Source: Nemertoderma westbladi (Eukaryota > Animalia > Xenacoelomorpha). From it: a stretch of DNA of 48,247 nt. Where the stretch lies: positions 1-48,247 of the forward strand of contig JAUCBJ010008265.1 in the NCBI GenBank assembly GCA_032718475.1, written 5' to 3'. Position 1 is the stretch's first letter, and each line of letters opens with the position of its first letter. A program made the translations under genes and the position numbers. The notes beneath the pieces are model-generated. The model saw only the letters and a list, made by a program, of their open reading frames with translations, did no database searches and had not been told where the DNA came from. Shown in pieces: positions 1 through 13,700 of this stretch.

Positions 1-102
1 ATCAGTTATCCCACAAAAGCTTTTACACTTTCTCATCTTCATATTTTTTTTAAGTCAAGACTTAAACATCACCGTACGTGTAAAATAGCATCACTTTACG
101 TC

Positions 103-270
103 GCTCTTCTTCTTCTTCTTCTCCTCCTGGTCTCGTCTCGTCTCGTATCTTCTCTTTGATTTGTGATCCGCTCTCTTTCTCATCGTATTTACTATTCTCC
201 TCTTCTCTTCTATTATTATTCTCTTAATTTCTTCTCTCCCTATCTCTCTATTACTCTACACTATTACTAT
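103..270. repeat. Pyrimidine-rich low-complexity tract with (CTT)n and (TCTCG)n microsatellites, present in every 1.9-kb unit (first copy given)
   Basis: CTCTTCTTCTTCTTCTT and GTCTCGTCTCGTCTCG are visible; microsatellite copy number varies among units. Confidence 0.85.
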
Positions 271-1705
271 TGATTCCCCCGCCCGCGATGACTAAAATTT
301 TTAAAATTGATAAACCACTGGTTGTATTATTGGCGAAAAAATTTTAGTTTTACTAATAATTTGTAAAAATTTGGGCTTTAGCCCAGGAACAAATTATTAT
401 TTCCCCAATCCCCTAACAGAAGAATTGGGAATAGTACCAGAAACGGGTGAGGAGACCGAGATAGGGTATACCCAGAGGGTTTGAGGGAAAACGCCGATAT
501 AGGTACCCCACAATACCCCCCCTATTAGTTGTCTAAAAAAAAATTTCGGCCCGATCCGACCGGCGGTTCTCGAGTTATAAGCGAAACAAGATTTTCGACG
601 TTTGAATTTCCCGCCAAAAACACCAATGAGCTACAGCCAAAACGGTGATAGCTACGGACACGGGACCGACGCCGATCGCTTCGGGGAATACGATTTGCCC
701 ACAAAGATACATTTTCAGAAACGCCGGTCGAATTTAAGGGTGGCGCACGGACCGCGGCACGCGCCGCAACGGCGCATCGGCCCGGCGCGACTAGAAGGAG
801 TGGGAATTTCGTAAAAGTGTGAAAGTAAAAAATGTTTCTTACCCCCGAATTATGGTTGACGGAGCCAATAAAAAATACAAAAAAGTTAATTCTAGGGGGC
901 GTACCGGACCGTCGAAGGTTTCCGATTGGTCGATCGCGTTTTCGTCGATTTCGGCGGGAAGGAAGCGAATAAAGTAAAAACATGTACAAGCGATATGGTA
1001 GGGACGGGGGTCCCCTATCCAACGCAAGCGGTCCCGATGTCGCGCTGTAAGTAGTTCTCGAGATATTGACAGAAGTACCGAGTCTACAGAAAAATGCACT
1101 AATTAGCAATTAGCGCTAATTAAGAGTTAATTAAAAATAAATTGACGAAACTAACGATGCCAATCGATGTAAATCCATGAAAGAAACACGCCAATTTTTT
1201 AAATTTCGAAAAAGACCCAAGAATAGCCGAGTTATTCAACTTTTTGTAAAATTGAGGTCTTTGTCGCCAAGGCGCGTCAGGGCCTCGAATGGCCGCCGAT
1301 CCAATATTTGCAATTATTGAGAAAAAAGGGAATACGAGGTATATTGATAAAATTTTCGACCTAGAGGGCCGCGTACAAGTAATATTATATGAAATATATT
1401 CCTTTTAATCAATTTAGGGTATTTGCTCTAATTATGTCATTTTATAGTACTTTTTAACCAAAAGTAAAACTGTAAGCTGTTCTATTGACTTTAGTTTATT
1501 GTTTTGGTTAGAATAACGTGTCTCTGTAACCTGCTCCTTTCCTCTCTATTAATCCATTTAGGGTATATTCTCTATTCTATGTTATCCTAATGATCTGCGT
1601 ATATGTAACATACTTAGTGAAAATGTGCCAAAGTTGAATACAGTATTTTTAGAACTAAACCTTGATTCTTGTTATAAATGCTATAAACTCGGACAGTTGA
1701 AAACT

Positions 1706-1742
1706 GTTGTTCACCCAGCCATGGAGTGGCTGGGTGAACAAC
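1706..1742. other. Perfect 16-bp inverted repeat with 5-nt loop in the 1.9-kb unit (first copy given; 15 copies)
   Basis: GTTGTTCACCCAGCCA-TGGAG-TGGCTGGGTGAACAAC; the arms are exact reverse complements. Confidence 0.95.
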
Positions 1743-4700
1743 CAAACAATTATATTCGGACCACTTTTCCCCCCTGGAAAAAATGTGGGGGGAGGGTGGG
1801 GGTATCAGTAACAACAACAAACATCTTTGTTTTATAACTCGAGGTATTCAAAAGTTCTATTGGATCATCGTATAAAATAATGAATAATTCAAGGTAAGCG
1901 ATAATTAATTAATTCATCTCCTTATACTGCGATTTACTTCGAGACTGTTCCCAATTCTCTTTCTCATCTTCATATTTTTTTTAAGTCAAGACTTAAACAT
2001 CACCGTACGTGTAAAATAGCATCACTTTACGTCGCTCTTCTTCTTCTTCTTCTCCTCCTGGTCTCGTCTCGTCTCGTATCTTCTCTTTGATTTGTGATCC
2101 GCTCTCTTTCTCATCGTATTTACTATTCTCCTCTTCTCTTCTATTATTATTCTCTTAATTTCTTCTCTCCCTATCTCTCTATTACTCTACACTATTACTA
2201 TTGATTCCCCCGCCCGCGATGACTAAAATTTTTAAAATTGATAAACCACTGAGTGAATTATTGGCGAAAAAATTTTAGTTTTACTATAATTTGTAAAAAT
2301 CTGGGCTTTAGCCCAGGAACAAAATATTATTTCCCCAATCCCCTAACAGATGAATTGGGAATAGTACCAGAAACCTGGATGAGACCGAGATAGGGTATAC
2401 CCAGAGGGTTTGAGGGAAAACGCCGATATAGGTACCCCACAATACCCCCCCTATTAACTTTCAAAAAAAAAAATTCGGCCCGATCCGACCGGCGGTTCTC
2501 GAGTTATAAGCGAAACGAGATTTTCGACGTTTGAATTTCCCGCCAAAAACGCCGATGAGCTACAGCCAAAACGGCGATAGCTACGGACACGGGACCGACG
2601 CCGATCGCTTCGGGGTATACGATTTGCTCACAAAGATACATTTTCAGAAACGCCGGTCGAATTTAAGGGTGGCGCACGGACCACGGCGCGCGCCGCAACG
2701 GCGCATCGGCCCGGCGCGACTAGAAGGAGTGGGAATTTCGTAAAAGTGTCAAAGTAAAAAATGTTCCTCACCCCCGAATTATGGTTGACGGAGCCAATAA
2801 AAAATACAAAAAAGTTAATTCTAGGGGGCGTACCGGACTGTCGAAGGTTTCCGATTGGTCGATCGCGTTTTCGTCGATTTCGGTGGGAAGGAAGCGAATA
2901 AAGTAAAAACATGTACAAGCGATATGGTAGGGACGGGGGTCCCCTATCCAACGCAAGCGATCCCAATGTCACGCTGTAAGTAGTTCTCGAGATATTGACA
3001 GAAGTACCGAGTCTACATAAAAATGCACTAATTAGCAATTAGCGCTAATTAAGAGTTAATTAAAAATAAATTGGCGAAACTAACGATGTCAATCGATGTA
3101 AATCCATGAGAGAAACTTGCCAATTTTTTAAATTTCCAAAAAGACCCAAGAATAGCCGAGTTATTCAACTTTTTGTAAAATTGAGGTCTTTGTCGCCAAG
3201 GCGCGTCAGGGCCTCGAATGGCCGCTGATCCAATATTTGCTATTATTGAGAAAAAAAGGGAATACGAGGTATATTGATAAAATTTTCGACCAAGAGCGCC
3301 GCGTACAAGTAATATTATATGAAATATAGTCCTTTTAATCAATTTAGGGTATTTGCTCTAATTATGTCATTTTATAGTCCTTTTTAACCAAAAGTAAAAC
3401 TGTAAGCTGTTCTATTGACTTTAGTTTATTGTTTTGGTTAGAATAACGTGTCTCTGTAACCTGCTCCTTTCCTCTCTATTAATCCATTTAGGGTATATTC
3501 TCTATTCTATGTTATCCTAATGATCTGTGTATATGTAACATACTTAGTGAAAATGTGCCAAAGTTGAATACAGTATTTTTAGAACTAAACCTTGATTCTT
3601 TTTATAAATGCTATAAACTCGGACAGTTGAAAACTGTTGTTCACCCAGCCATGGAGTGGCTGGGTGAACAACCAAACAATTATATTCGGAGCGCTTTTCC
3701 CCCCTGGAAAAAATGCGGGGGGAGGGTGGGTATCAGTAACAACAACAAACATCTTTGTTTTATAACTCGCGGTATTCAAAAGTTCTATGGGATCATCGTA
3801 TATAATAATTAATAATTTGAGTTAAGCGATAATTAATTAATACATCTTATACTGAGATTTACTTCGAGACTGTTCCCAATTCTCTCTCTCATCTTCATAT
3901 TTTTTTAAAGTCAAGACTTAAACATCACCGTACGTGTAAAAATAGCGTCTCTTTACGTCGCTCTTCTTCTGCTTCTGCTCCTCCTCCTCGTCTCGTCTCG
4001 TATCTTCTCTTGGATTTGTGATCCGCTCTCTTTCTCATCGTATTTACTATTCTCCTCTTCTCTTCTATTATTATTCTCTTAATTTATTCTCCCTATCTCT
4101 ATCTCTATTACTCTACACTATTACTACTATTCCCCCGCGATGACTAAAATTTTAAAGATGTAAACTCTAGTTGAATTATTGGCGAAAAAATTTTAGTTTT
4201 ACTATAATTTGTAAAAATCTGGGCTTTAGCCCAGGAACAAATTATTATTTCCCCAATCCCCTAACAGAAGAATTGGGAATTGAAACCAGAAAACTAACTG
4301 AGACCGAGATAGGGTATACCGAGAGGGTTTGAGGGAAAACGCCGATATAGGTACCCCACAATACCCCCCCTATTACCTGTCTAAAAAAAAAATTCAGCCC
4401 GATCCGACCGGCGGTTCTCGAGTTATAAGCGAAACGAGATTTTCGACGTTTGAATTTCCCGCCAAAAACACCGATGAGCTACAGCCAAAACGGCGATAGC
4501 TACGGACACGGGACCAACGGCGATCGCTTCGGGGCATACGATTTGCCCACAAAGATACATTTTCAGAAACGCCGGTCGAATTTAAGGGTGGCGCACGGAC
4601 CGCGGCGCGCGCCGCAACGGCGCATCGGCCCGGCGCGACTAGAAGGAGTGGGAATTTCGTAAAAGTGTCAAAGTAAAAAATGTTCCTTACCCCCGAATTA

Positions 4701-7700
4701 TGGTTGACGGAGCCAATAAAAAATACAAAAAAGTTAATTCTAGGGGGCGTACCGGACCGTCGAAGGTTTCCGATTGGTCGATCGCGTTTTCGTCGATTTC
4801 GGTGGGAAGGAAGCGAATAAAGTAAAAACATGTACAAGCGATATGGTAGGGACGGGGGTTCCCTATCCAACGGAAGCGGTCCCGATGACGCGCTGTAAGT
4901 AGTTCTCGAGATATTGACAGAAGTACCGAGTCTACATAAAAATGCACTAATTAGCAATTAGCGCTAATTAAGTGTTAATTAAAAATAAATTGGCGAAACT
5001 AACGATGCCAATCGATGTAAATCCATGAGAGGAACTTGCCAATTTTTTAAATTTCGAAAAAGACCCAAGAATAGCCGAGTTATTCAACTTTTTATAAAAT
5101 TGAGGTCTTTGTCGCCAAGGCGCGTCAGGGCCTCGAATGGCCGCCGATCCAATATTTGCTATTATTGAGAAAAAAAGGGAATACAAGGTATATTGATAAA
5201 ATTTTCGACCTAGAGCGCCGCGTACAAGTAATATTATATGAAATATAGTCCTTTTAATCAATTTAGGGTATTTGCTCTAATTATGTCTGTTTATAGTCCT
5301 TTTTAACCAAAAGTAAAACTGTAAGCTGTTCTATTGACTTTAGTTTATTGTTTTGGTTAGAATAACGTGTCTCTGTAACCTGCTCCTTTCCTCTTTATTA
5401 ATCCATTTAGGGTATATTCTCTATTCTATGTTATCCTAATGATCTGCGAATATGTAACATACTTAGTGAAAATGTGCCAAAGTTGAATACAGTATTTTTA
5501 GAACTAAACCTTGATTCTTTTTATAAATACTATAAACTCGGACAGTTGTAAACTGTTGTTCACCCAGCCATGGAGTGGCTGGGTGAACAACCAAACAATT
5601 ATATTCGGAGCGCTTTTTCCCCCTGGAAAAAATGCGGGGGGAGGGTGGGTATCAGTATCAACAAGTTAGATTCGATCATCATATAAAATAATTAATAATT
5701 CAAGTTAGCTATAATTAATTAATAGGCCTACATCTACTTATACTGAGATTTACTTCGAGACTGTTCCCAAATCTCTCTCTCATCTTCATATTTTTTTTAA
5801 GTCAAATCTCGAATATCACCGTACGTGTAAAAATAGCGTCTCTTTACGTCGCTCTTCTTCTTCTTCTGCTCCTCCTCCTCGTCTCGTCTCGTATCTTCTC
5901 TTGGATTTGTCATCCGCTCTCTTTCTCATCGTATTTATTATTCTCCTCTTCTCTTCTATTATTATTCTCTTAATTTATTCTCCATCTCCATCTCTATCTC
6001 TATTACTCTACACTATTACTATTCCCCCGCGATGACTAAAATTTTTAAGATGTAAACTCTAGTTGAATTATTGGCGAAAAAATTTTAGTTTTACTATAAT
6101 TTGTAAAAATCTGGGCTTTAGCCCAGGAACAAAATATTATTTCCCCAATCCCCTAACAGAAGAATTGGGAATTGAAACCAGAAAACTAACTGAGACCGAG
6201 TTAGGGTATACCGAGAGGGTTTGAGGGAAAACGCCGATATAGGTACCCCACAATACCCCCCCTATTACCTGTCTAAAAAAAAAATTCAGCCCGATCCGAC
6301 CGGCGGTTCTCGAGTTATAAGCGAAACGAGATTTTCGACGTTTGAATTTCCCGCCAAAAACGCCCATGAGCTACAGCCAAAACGGCGATAGCTACGGACA
6401 CGGGACCGACGCCGATCGCTTCGGGGCATACGATTTGCCCACAAAGATACATTTTCAGAAACGCCGGTCGAATTTAAGGGTGGCGCACGGACCGCGGCGC
6501 GCGCCGCAACGGCGCATCGGCCCGGCGCGACTAGAAGGAGTGGGAATTTCGTAAAAGTGTGAAAGTAAAAAATGTTCCTTACCCCCGAATTATGGTTGAC
6601 GGAGCCAATAAAAAATACAAAAAAGTTAATTCTAGGGGGCGTACCGGACCGTCGAAGGTTTCCGATTGGTCGATCGCGTTTTCGTCGATTTCGGCGGGAA
6701 GGAAGGGAATAAAGTAAAAACATGTACAAGCGATATGGTAGGGACAGGGGTCCCCTATCCAACGGAAGCGGTCCCGATGACGCGCTGTAAGTAGTTCTCG
6801 AGATATTGACAGAAGTACCGAGTCTTCAGAAAAATGCACTAATTAGCAATTAGCGCTAATTAAGTGTTAATTAAAAATAAATTGGCGAAACTAACGATGC
6901 CAATCGATGTAAATCCATGAGAGGAACTTGCCAATTTTTTAAATTTCGAAAAAGACCCAAGAATAGCCGAGTTATTCAACTTTTTGTAAAATTGAGGTCT
7001 TTGTCGCCAAGGCGCGTCAGGGCCTCGAATGGCCGCCGATCCAATATTTGCTATTATTGAGAAAAAAAGGGAATACGAGGTATATTGATAAAATTTTCGA
7101 CCTAGAGCGCCGCGTACAAGTAATATTATATGAAATATAGTCCTTTTAATCAATTTAGGGTATTTGCTCTAATTATGTCATTTTATAGTCCTTTTTAACC
7201 AAAAGTAAAACTGTAAGCTGTTCTATTGACTTTAGTTTATTGTTTTGGTTAGAATAACGTGTCTCTGTAACCTGCTCCTTTCCTCTTTATTAATCCATTT
7301 AGGGTATATTCTCTATTCTATGTTATCCTAATGATCTGCGAATATGTAACATACTTAGTGAAAATGTGCCAAAGTTGAATACAGTATTTTTAGAACTAAA
7401 CCTTGATTCTTTTTATAAATGCTATAAACTCGGACAGTTGAAAACTGTTGTTCACCCAGCCATGGAGTGGCTGGGTGAACAACCAAACAATTATATTCGG
7501 AGCGCTTTTCCCCCCTGGAAAAAATGCGGGGGGAGGGTGGGTATCAGTAACAACAAGTTAGATTCGATTATCATATATAATAATTAATAATTCAAGTTAG
7601 CTATAATTAATTAATAGGCCTACATATTCTACTTATACTGAGATTTACTTCGAGACTGTTCCCAATTCTCTCTCTCATCTTCATATTTTTTTCAAGTCAA

Positions 7701-10700
7701 ATCTCGAACGTCACCGTACGTGTACAAATAGCGTATCTTTACGTCTCTCTTCTTCTTCTTCTTCTCCTCCTCGTCTCGTCTCGTATCTTCTCTTGGATTT
7801 ATCATCCGCTCTCTTTCTCATCGTATTTACTATTCTCCTCTTCTATTCTATTATTATTCTCTTAATTTATTCTCTATCTCTATCTCTATTACTCTACATA
7901 CACTATTACTATTCCCCCGCGATGACTAAAATTTTTAAGATGTAAACTCTAGTTGAATTATTGGCGAAAAAATTTTAGTTTTACTATAATTTGTAAAAAT
8001 CTGGGCTTTAGCCCAGGAACAAATTATTATTTCCCCAATCCCCTAACAGAAGAATTGGGAATTGAAACCAGAAAACTAACTGAGACCGAGTTAGGGTATA
8101 CCGAGAGGGTTTGAGGGAAAACGCCGATATAGGTACCCCACAATATCCCCCCTATTACCTGTCTAAAAAAAAAATTCGGCCCGATCCGACCGGCGGTTCT
8201 CGAGTTATAAGCGAAACAAGATTTTCGACGTTTGAATTTCCCGCCAAAAACACCAATGAGCTACAGCCAAAACGGCGATAGCTACGGACACGGGACCGAC
8301 GCCGATCGCTTCGGGGCATACGATTTGCCCACAAAGATACATTTTCAGAAACGCCGGTCGAATTTAAGGGTGGCGCACGGACCGCGGCGCGCGCCGCAAC
8401 GGCGCATCGGCCCGGCGCGACTAGAAGGAGTGGGAATTTCGTAAAAGTGTGAAAGTAAAAAATGTTCCTTACCCCCGAATTATTGTTGACGGAGCCAATA
8501 AAAAATACAAAAAAGTTAATTCTAGGGGGCGTACCGGACCGTCGAAGGTTTCCGATTGGTCGATCGCGTTTTCGTCGATTTCGGTGGGAAGGAAGCGAAT
8601 AAAGTAAAAACATGTACAAGCGATATGGTAGGGACGGGGGTCCCCTATCCAACGGAAGCGGTCCCGATGTCGCGCTGTAAGTAGTTCTCGAGATATTGAC
8701 AGAAGTAACGAGTCTACAGAAAAATGCACTAATTAGCAATTAGCGTTAATTAAGAGTTAATTAAAAATAAATTGGCGAAACTAACGATGTCAATCGATGT
8801 AAATCCATGAGAGAAACTTGCCAATTTTTTAAATTTCCAAAAAGACCCAAGAATAGCCGAGTTATTCAACTTTTTGTAAAATTGAGGTCTTTGTCGCCAA
8901 GGCGCGTCAGGGCCTCGAATGGCCGCTGATCCAATATTTGCTATTATTGAGAAAAAAAGGGAATACGAGGTATATTGATAAAATTTTCGACCTAGAGCGC
9001 CGCGTACAAGTAATATTATATGAAATATAGTCCTTTTAATCAATTTAGGGTATTTGCTCTAATTATGTCATTTTATAGTCCTTTTTAACCAAAAGTAAAA
9101 CTGTAAGCTGTTCTATTGACTTTAGTTTATTGTTTTGGTTAGAATAACGTGTCTCTGTAACCTGCTCCTTTCCTCTCTATTAATCCATTTAGGGTATATT
9201 CTCTATTCTATGTTATCCTAATGATCTGTGTATATGTAACATACTTAGTGGAAATGTGCCAAAGTTGAATACAGTATTTTTAGAACTAAACCTTGATTCT
9301 TTTTATAAATGCTATAAACTCGGACAGTTGAAAACTGTTGTTCACCCAGCCATGGAGTGGCTGGGTGAACAACCAAACAATTATATTCGGAGCACTTTTC
9401 CCCCCTGGAAAAAATGCGGGGGGAGGGTGGGTATCAGTAACAACAACAAACATCTTTGTTTTATAACTCGCGGTATTCAAAAGTTCTATGGGATCATCAT
9501 ATATAATAATTAATAATTTGAGTTAAGCGATAATTAATTAATACATCTTATACTGAGATTTACTTCGAGACTGTTCCCAATTCTCTCTCTCATCTTCATA
9601 TTTTTTTAAAGTCAAGACTTAAACATCACCGTACGTGTAAAAATAGCGTCTCTTTACGTCGCTCTTCTTCTTCTTCTCCTCCTCGTCTCGTCTCGTCTCG
9701 TCTCGTATCTTCTCTTGGATTTGTGATCCGCTCTCTTTCTCATCGTATTTACTATTCTCCTCTTCTATTCTATTATTATTCTCTTAATTTATTCTCTATC
9801 TCTATCTCTATTACTCTACATACACTATTACTATTCCCCCGCGATGACTAAAATTTTAAAGATGTAAACTCTAGTTGAATTATTGGCGAAAAAATTTTAG
9901 TTTTACTATAATTTGTAAAAATCTGGGCTTTAGCCCAGGAACAAATTATTATTTCCCCAATCCCCTAACAGAAGAATTGGGAATTGAAACCAGAAAACTA
10001 ACTGAGACCGAGTTAGGGTATACCGAGAGGGTTTGAGGGAAAACGCCGATATAGGTACCCCACAATATCCCCCCTATTACCTGTCTAAAAAAAAAATTCG
10101 GCCCGATCCGACCGGCGGTTCTCGAGTTATAAGCGAAACAAGATTTTCGACGTTTGAATTTCCCGCCAAAAACACCAATGAGCTACAGCCAAAACGGCGA
10201 TAGCTACGGACACGGGACCGACGCCGATCGCTTCGGGGCATACGATTTGCCCACAAAGATACATTTTCAGAAACGCCGGTCGAATTTAAGGGTGGCGCAC
10301 GGACCGCGGCGCGCGCCGCAACGGCGCATCGGCCCGGCGCGACTAGAAGGAGTGGGAATTTCGTAAAAGTGTGAAAGTAAAAAATGTTCCTTACCCCCGA
10401 ATTATTGTTGACGGAGCCAATAAAAAATACAAAAAAGTTAATTCTAGGGGGCGTACCGGACCGTCGAAGGTTTCCGATTGGTCGATCGCGTTTTCGTCGA
10501 TTTCGGTGGGAAGGAAGCGAATAAAGTAAAAACATGTACAAGCGATATGGTAGGGACGGGGGTCCCCTATCCAACGGAAGCGGTCCCGATGTCGCGCTGT
10601 AAGTAGTTCTCGAGATATTGACAGAAGTAACGAGTCTACAGAAAAATGCACTAATTAGCAATTAGCGTTAATTAAGAGTTAATTAAAAATAAATTGGCGA

Positions 10701-13700
10701 AACTAACGATGTCAATCGATGTAAATCCATGAGAGAAACTTGCCAATTTTTTAAATTTCCAAAAAGACCCAAGAATAGCCGAGTTATTCAACTTTTTGTA
10801 AAATTGAGGTCTTTGTCGCCAAGGCGCGTCAGGGCCTCGAATGGCCGCTGATCCAATATTTGCTATTATTGAGAAAAAAAGGGAATACGAGGTATATTGA
10901 TAAAATTTTCGACCTAGAGCGCCGCGTACAAGTAATATTATATGAAATATAGTCCTTTTAATCAATTTAGGGTATTTGCTCTAATTATGTCATTTTATAG
11001 TCCTTTTTAACCAAAAGTAAAACTGTAAGCTGTTCTATTGACTTTAGTTTATTGTTTTGGTTAGAATAACGTGTCTCTGTAACCTGCTCCTTTCCTCTCT
11101 ATTAATCCATTTAGGGTATATTCTCTATTCTATGTTATCCTAATGATCTGTGTATATGTAACATACTTAGTGGAAATGTGCCAAAGTTGAATACAGTATT
11201 TTTAGAACTAAACCTTGATTCTTTTTATAAATGCTATAAACTCGGACAGTTGAAAACTGTTGTTCACCCAGCCATGGAGTGGCTGGGTGAACAACCAAAC
11301 AATTATATTCGGAGCACTTTTCCCCCCTGGAAAAAATGCGGGGGGAGGGTGGGTATCAGTAACAACAACAAACATCTTTGTTTTATAACTCGCGGTATTC
11401 AAAAGTTCTATGGGATCATCATATATAATAATTAATAATTTGAGTTAAGCGATAATTAATTAATACATCTTATACTGAGATTTACTTCGAGACTGTTCCC
11501 AATTCTCTCTCTCATCTTCATATTTTTTTAAAGTCAAGACTTAAACATCACCGTACGTGTAAAAATAGCGTCTCTTTACGTCGCTCTTCTTCTTCTTCTC
11601 CTCCTCGTCTCGTCTCGTCTCGTCTCGTATCTTCTCTTGGATTTGTGATCCGCTCTCTTTCTCATCGTATTTACTATTCTCCTCTTCTATTCTATTATTA
11701 TTCTCTTAATTTATTCTCTATCTCTATCTCTATTACTCTACATACACTATTACTATTCCCCCGCGATGACTAAAATTTTAAAGATGTAAACTCTAGTTGA
11801 ATTATTGGCGAAAAAATTTTAGTTTTACTATAATTTGTAAAAATTTGGGCTTTAGCCCAGGAACAAATTATTATTTCCCCAATCCCCTAACAGAAGAATT
11901 GGGAATTGAAACCAGAAAACTAACTGAGACCGAGATAGGGTATACCGAGAGGGTTTGAGGGAAAACGCCGATATAGGTACCCCACAATACCCCCCCTATT
12001 AACTTTCTAAAAAAAAAATTCGGCCCGATCCGACCGGCGGTTCTCGAGTTATAAGCGAAACGAAGATTTTCGACGTTTGAATTTCCCGCCAAAAACGCCC
12101 ATGAGCTACAGCCAAAACGGCGATAGCTACGGACACGGGACCGACGGCGATCGCTTCGGGGCATACGATTTGCCCACAAAGATACATTTTCAGAAACGCC
12201 GGTCGAATTTAAGGGTGGCGCACGGACCGCGGCGCGCGCCGCAACGGCGCATCGGCCTGGCGCGACTAGAAGGAGTGGGAATTTCGTAAAAGTGTCAAAG
12301 TAAAAAATGTTCCTTACCCCCGAATTATGGTTGACGGAGCAAATAAAAAATACAAAAAAGTTAATTCTAGGGGGCGTACCGGACCGTCGAAGGTTTCCGA
12401 TTGGTCGATCGCGTTTTCGTCGATTTCGGCGGGAAGGAAGCGAATAAAGTAAAAACATGTACAAGCGATATGGTAGGGACGGGGGTCCCCTATCCAACGC
12501 AAGCGGTCCCGATGTCAAGCATGTAAGTAGTTCTCGAGATATTGACAGAAGTACCGAGTCTACAGAAAAATGCACTAATTAGCAATTAGCGTTAATTAAG
12601 AGTTAATTAAAAATAAATTGGCGAAACTAACGATGCCAATCGACGTAAATCCATGCGAGGAACACGCCAATTTTTTAAATTTCGAAAAAGACCCAAGAAT
12701 AGCCGAGTTATTCAACTTTTTGTAAAATTGAGGTCTTTGTCGCCAAGGCGCGTCAGGGCCTCGAATGGCCGCCGATCCAATATTTGCTATTATTGAGAAA
12801 AAAAGGGAATACGAGGTATATTGATAAAATTTTCGACCTAGAGCGCCGCGTACAAGTAATATTATATGAAATATAGTCCTTTTAATCAATTTAGGGTATT
12901 TGCTCTAATTATGTCATTTTATAGTCCTTTTTAACCAAAAGTAAAACTGTAAGCTGTTCTATTGACTTAGTTTATTGTTTTGGTTAGAATAACGTGTCTC
13001 TGTAACCTGCTCCTTTCCTCTCTATTAATCCTTTTAGGGTATATTCTCTATTCTATGTTATCCTAATGATCTGTGTATATGTAACATACTTAGTGAAAAT
13101 GTGCCAAAGTTGAATACAGTATTTTTAGAACTAAACCTTGATTCTTTTTATAAATGCTATAAACTCGGACAGTTGAAAACTGTTGTTCACCCAGCCATGG
13201 AGTGGCTGGGTGAACAACCAAACAATTATATTCGGAGCGCTTTTCCCCCCTGGAAAAAATGTGGGGGGAGGGTGGGTATCAGTAACAACAACAAACATCT
13301 TTGTTTTATAACTCGCGGTATTCAAAAGTTCTATGGGATCATCGTATATAATAATTAATAATTTGAGTTAAGCGATAATTAATTAATACATCTTATACTG
13401 AGATTTACTTCGAGACTGTTCCCAATTCTCTCTCTCATCTTCATATTTTTTTCAAGTCAAATCTCGAACGTCACCGTACGTGTAAAAATAGCGTCTCTTT
13501 ACGTCGCTCTTCTTCTTCTTCTCCTCCTCGTCTCGTCTCGCTCGTATCTTCTCTTGGATTTGTCATCCGCTCTCTTTCTCATCGTATTTACTATTCTCCT
13601 CTTCTCTTCTATTATTATTCTCTTCATTTATTTATTCTCTATCTCTATTACTGTACTCTACACTATTACTATTCCCCCGCGATGACTAAAATTTTTAAGA

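Noticed and set aside
28-1960. 5S, U1, U2 or SL RNA gene as the basis of the tandem unit
   Set aside because: Only short chance matches (ATCGCTTC, TTACCTG, GTTTGAG) that do not extend. An Rfam scan would settle it.
3843-3853. ATCTTATACT as a Helitron 5' end
   Set aside because: Short, AT-rich, variable between units, not preceded by CTRR, and not at the array edge.
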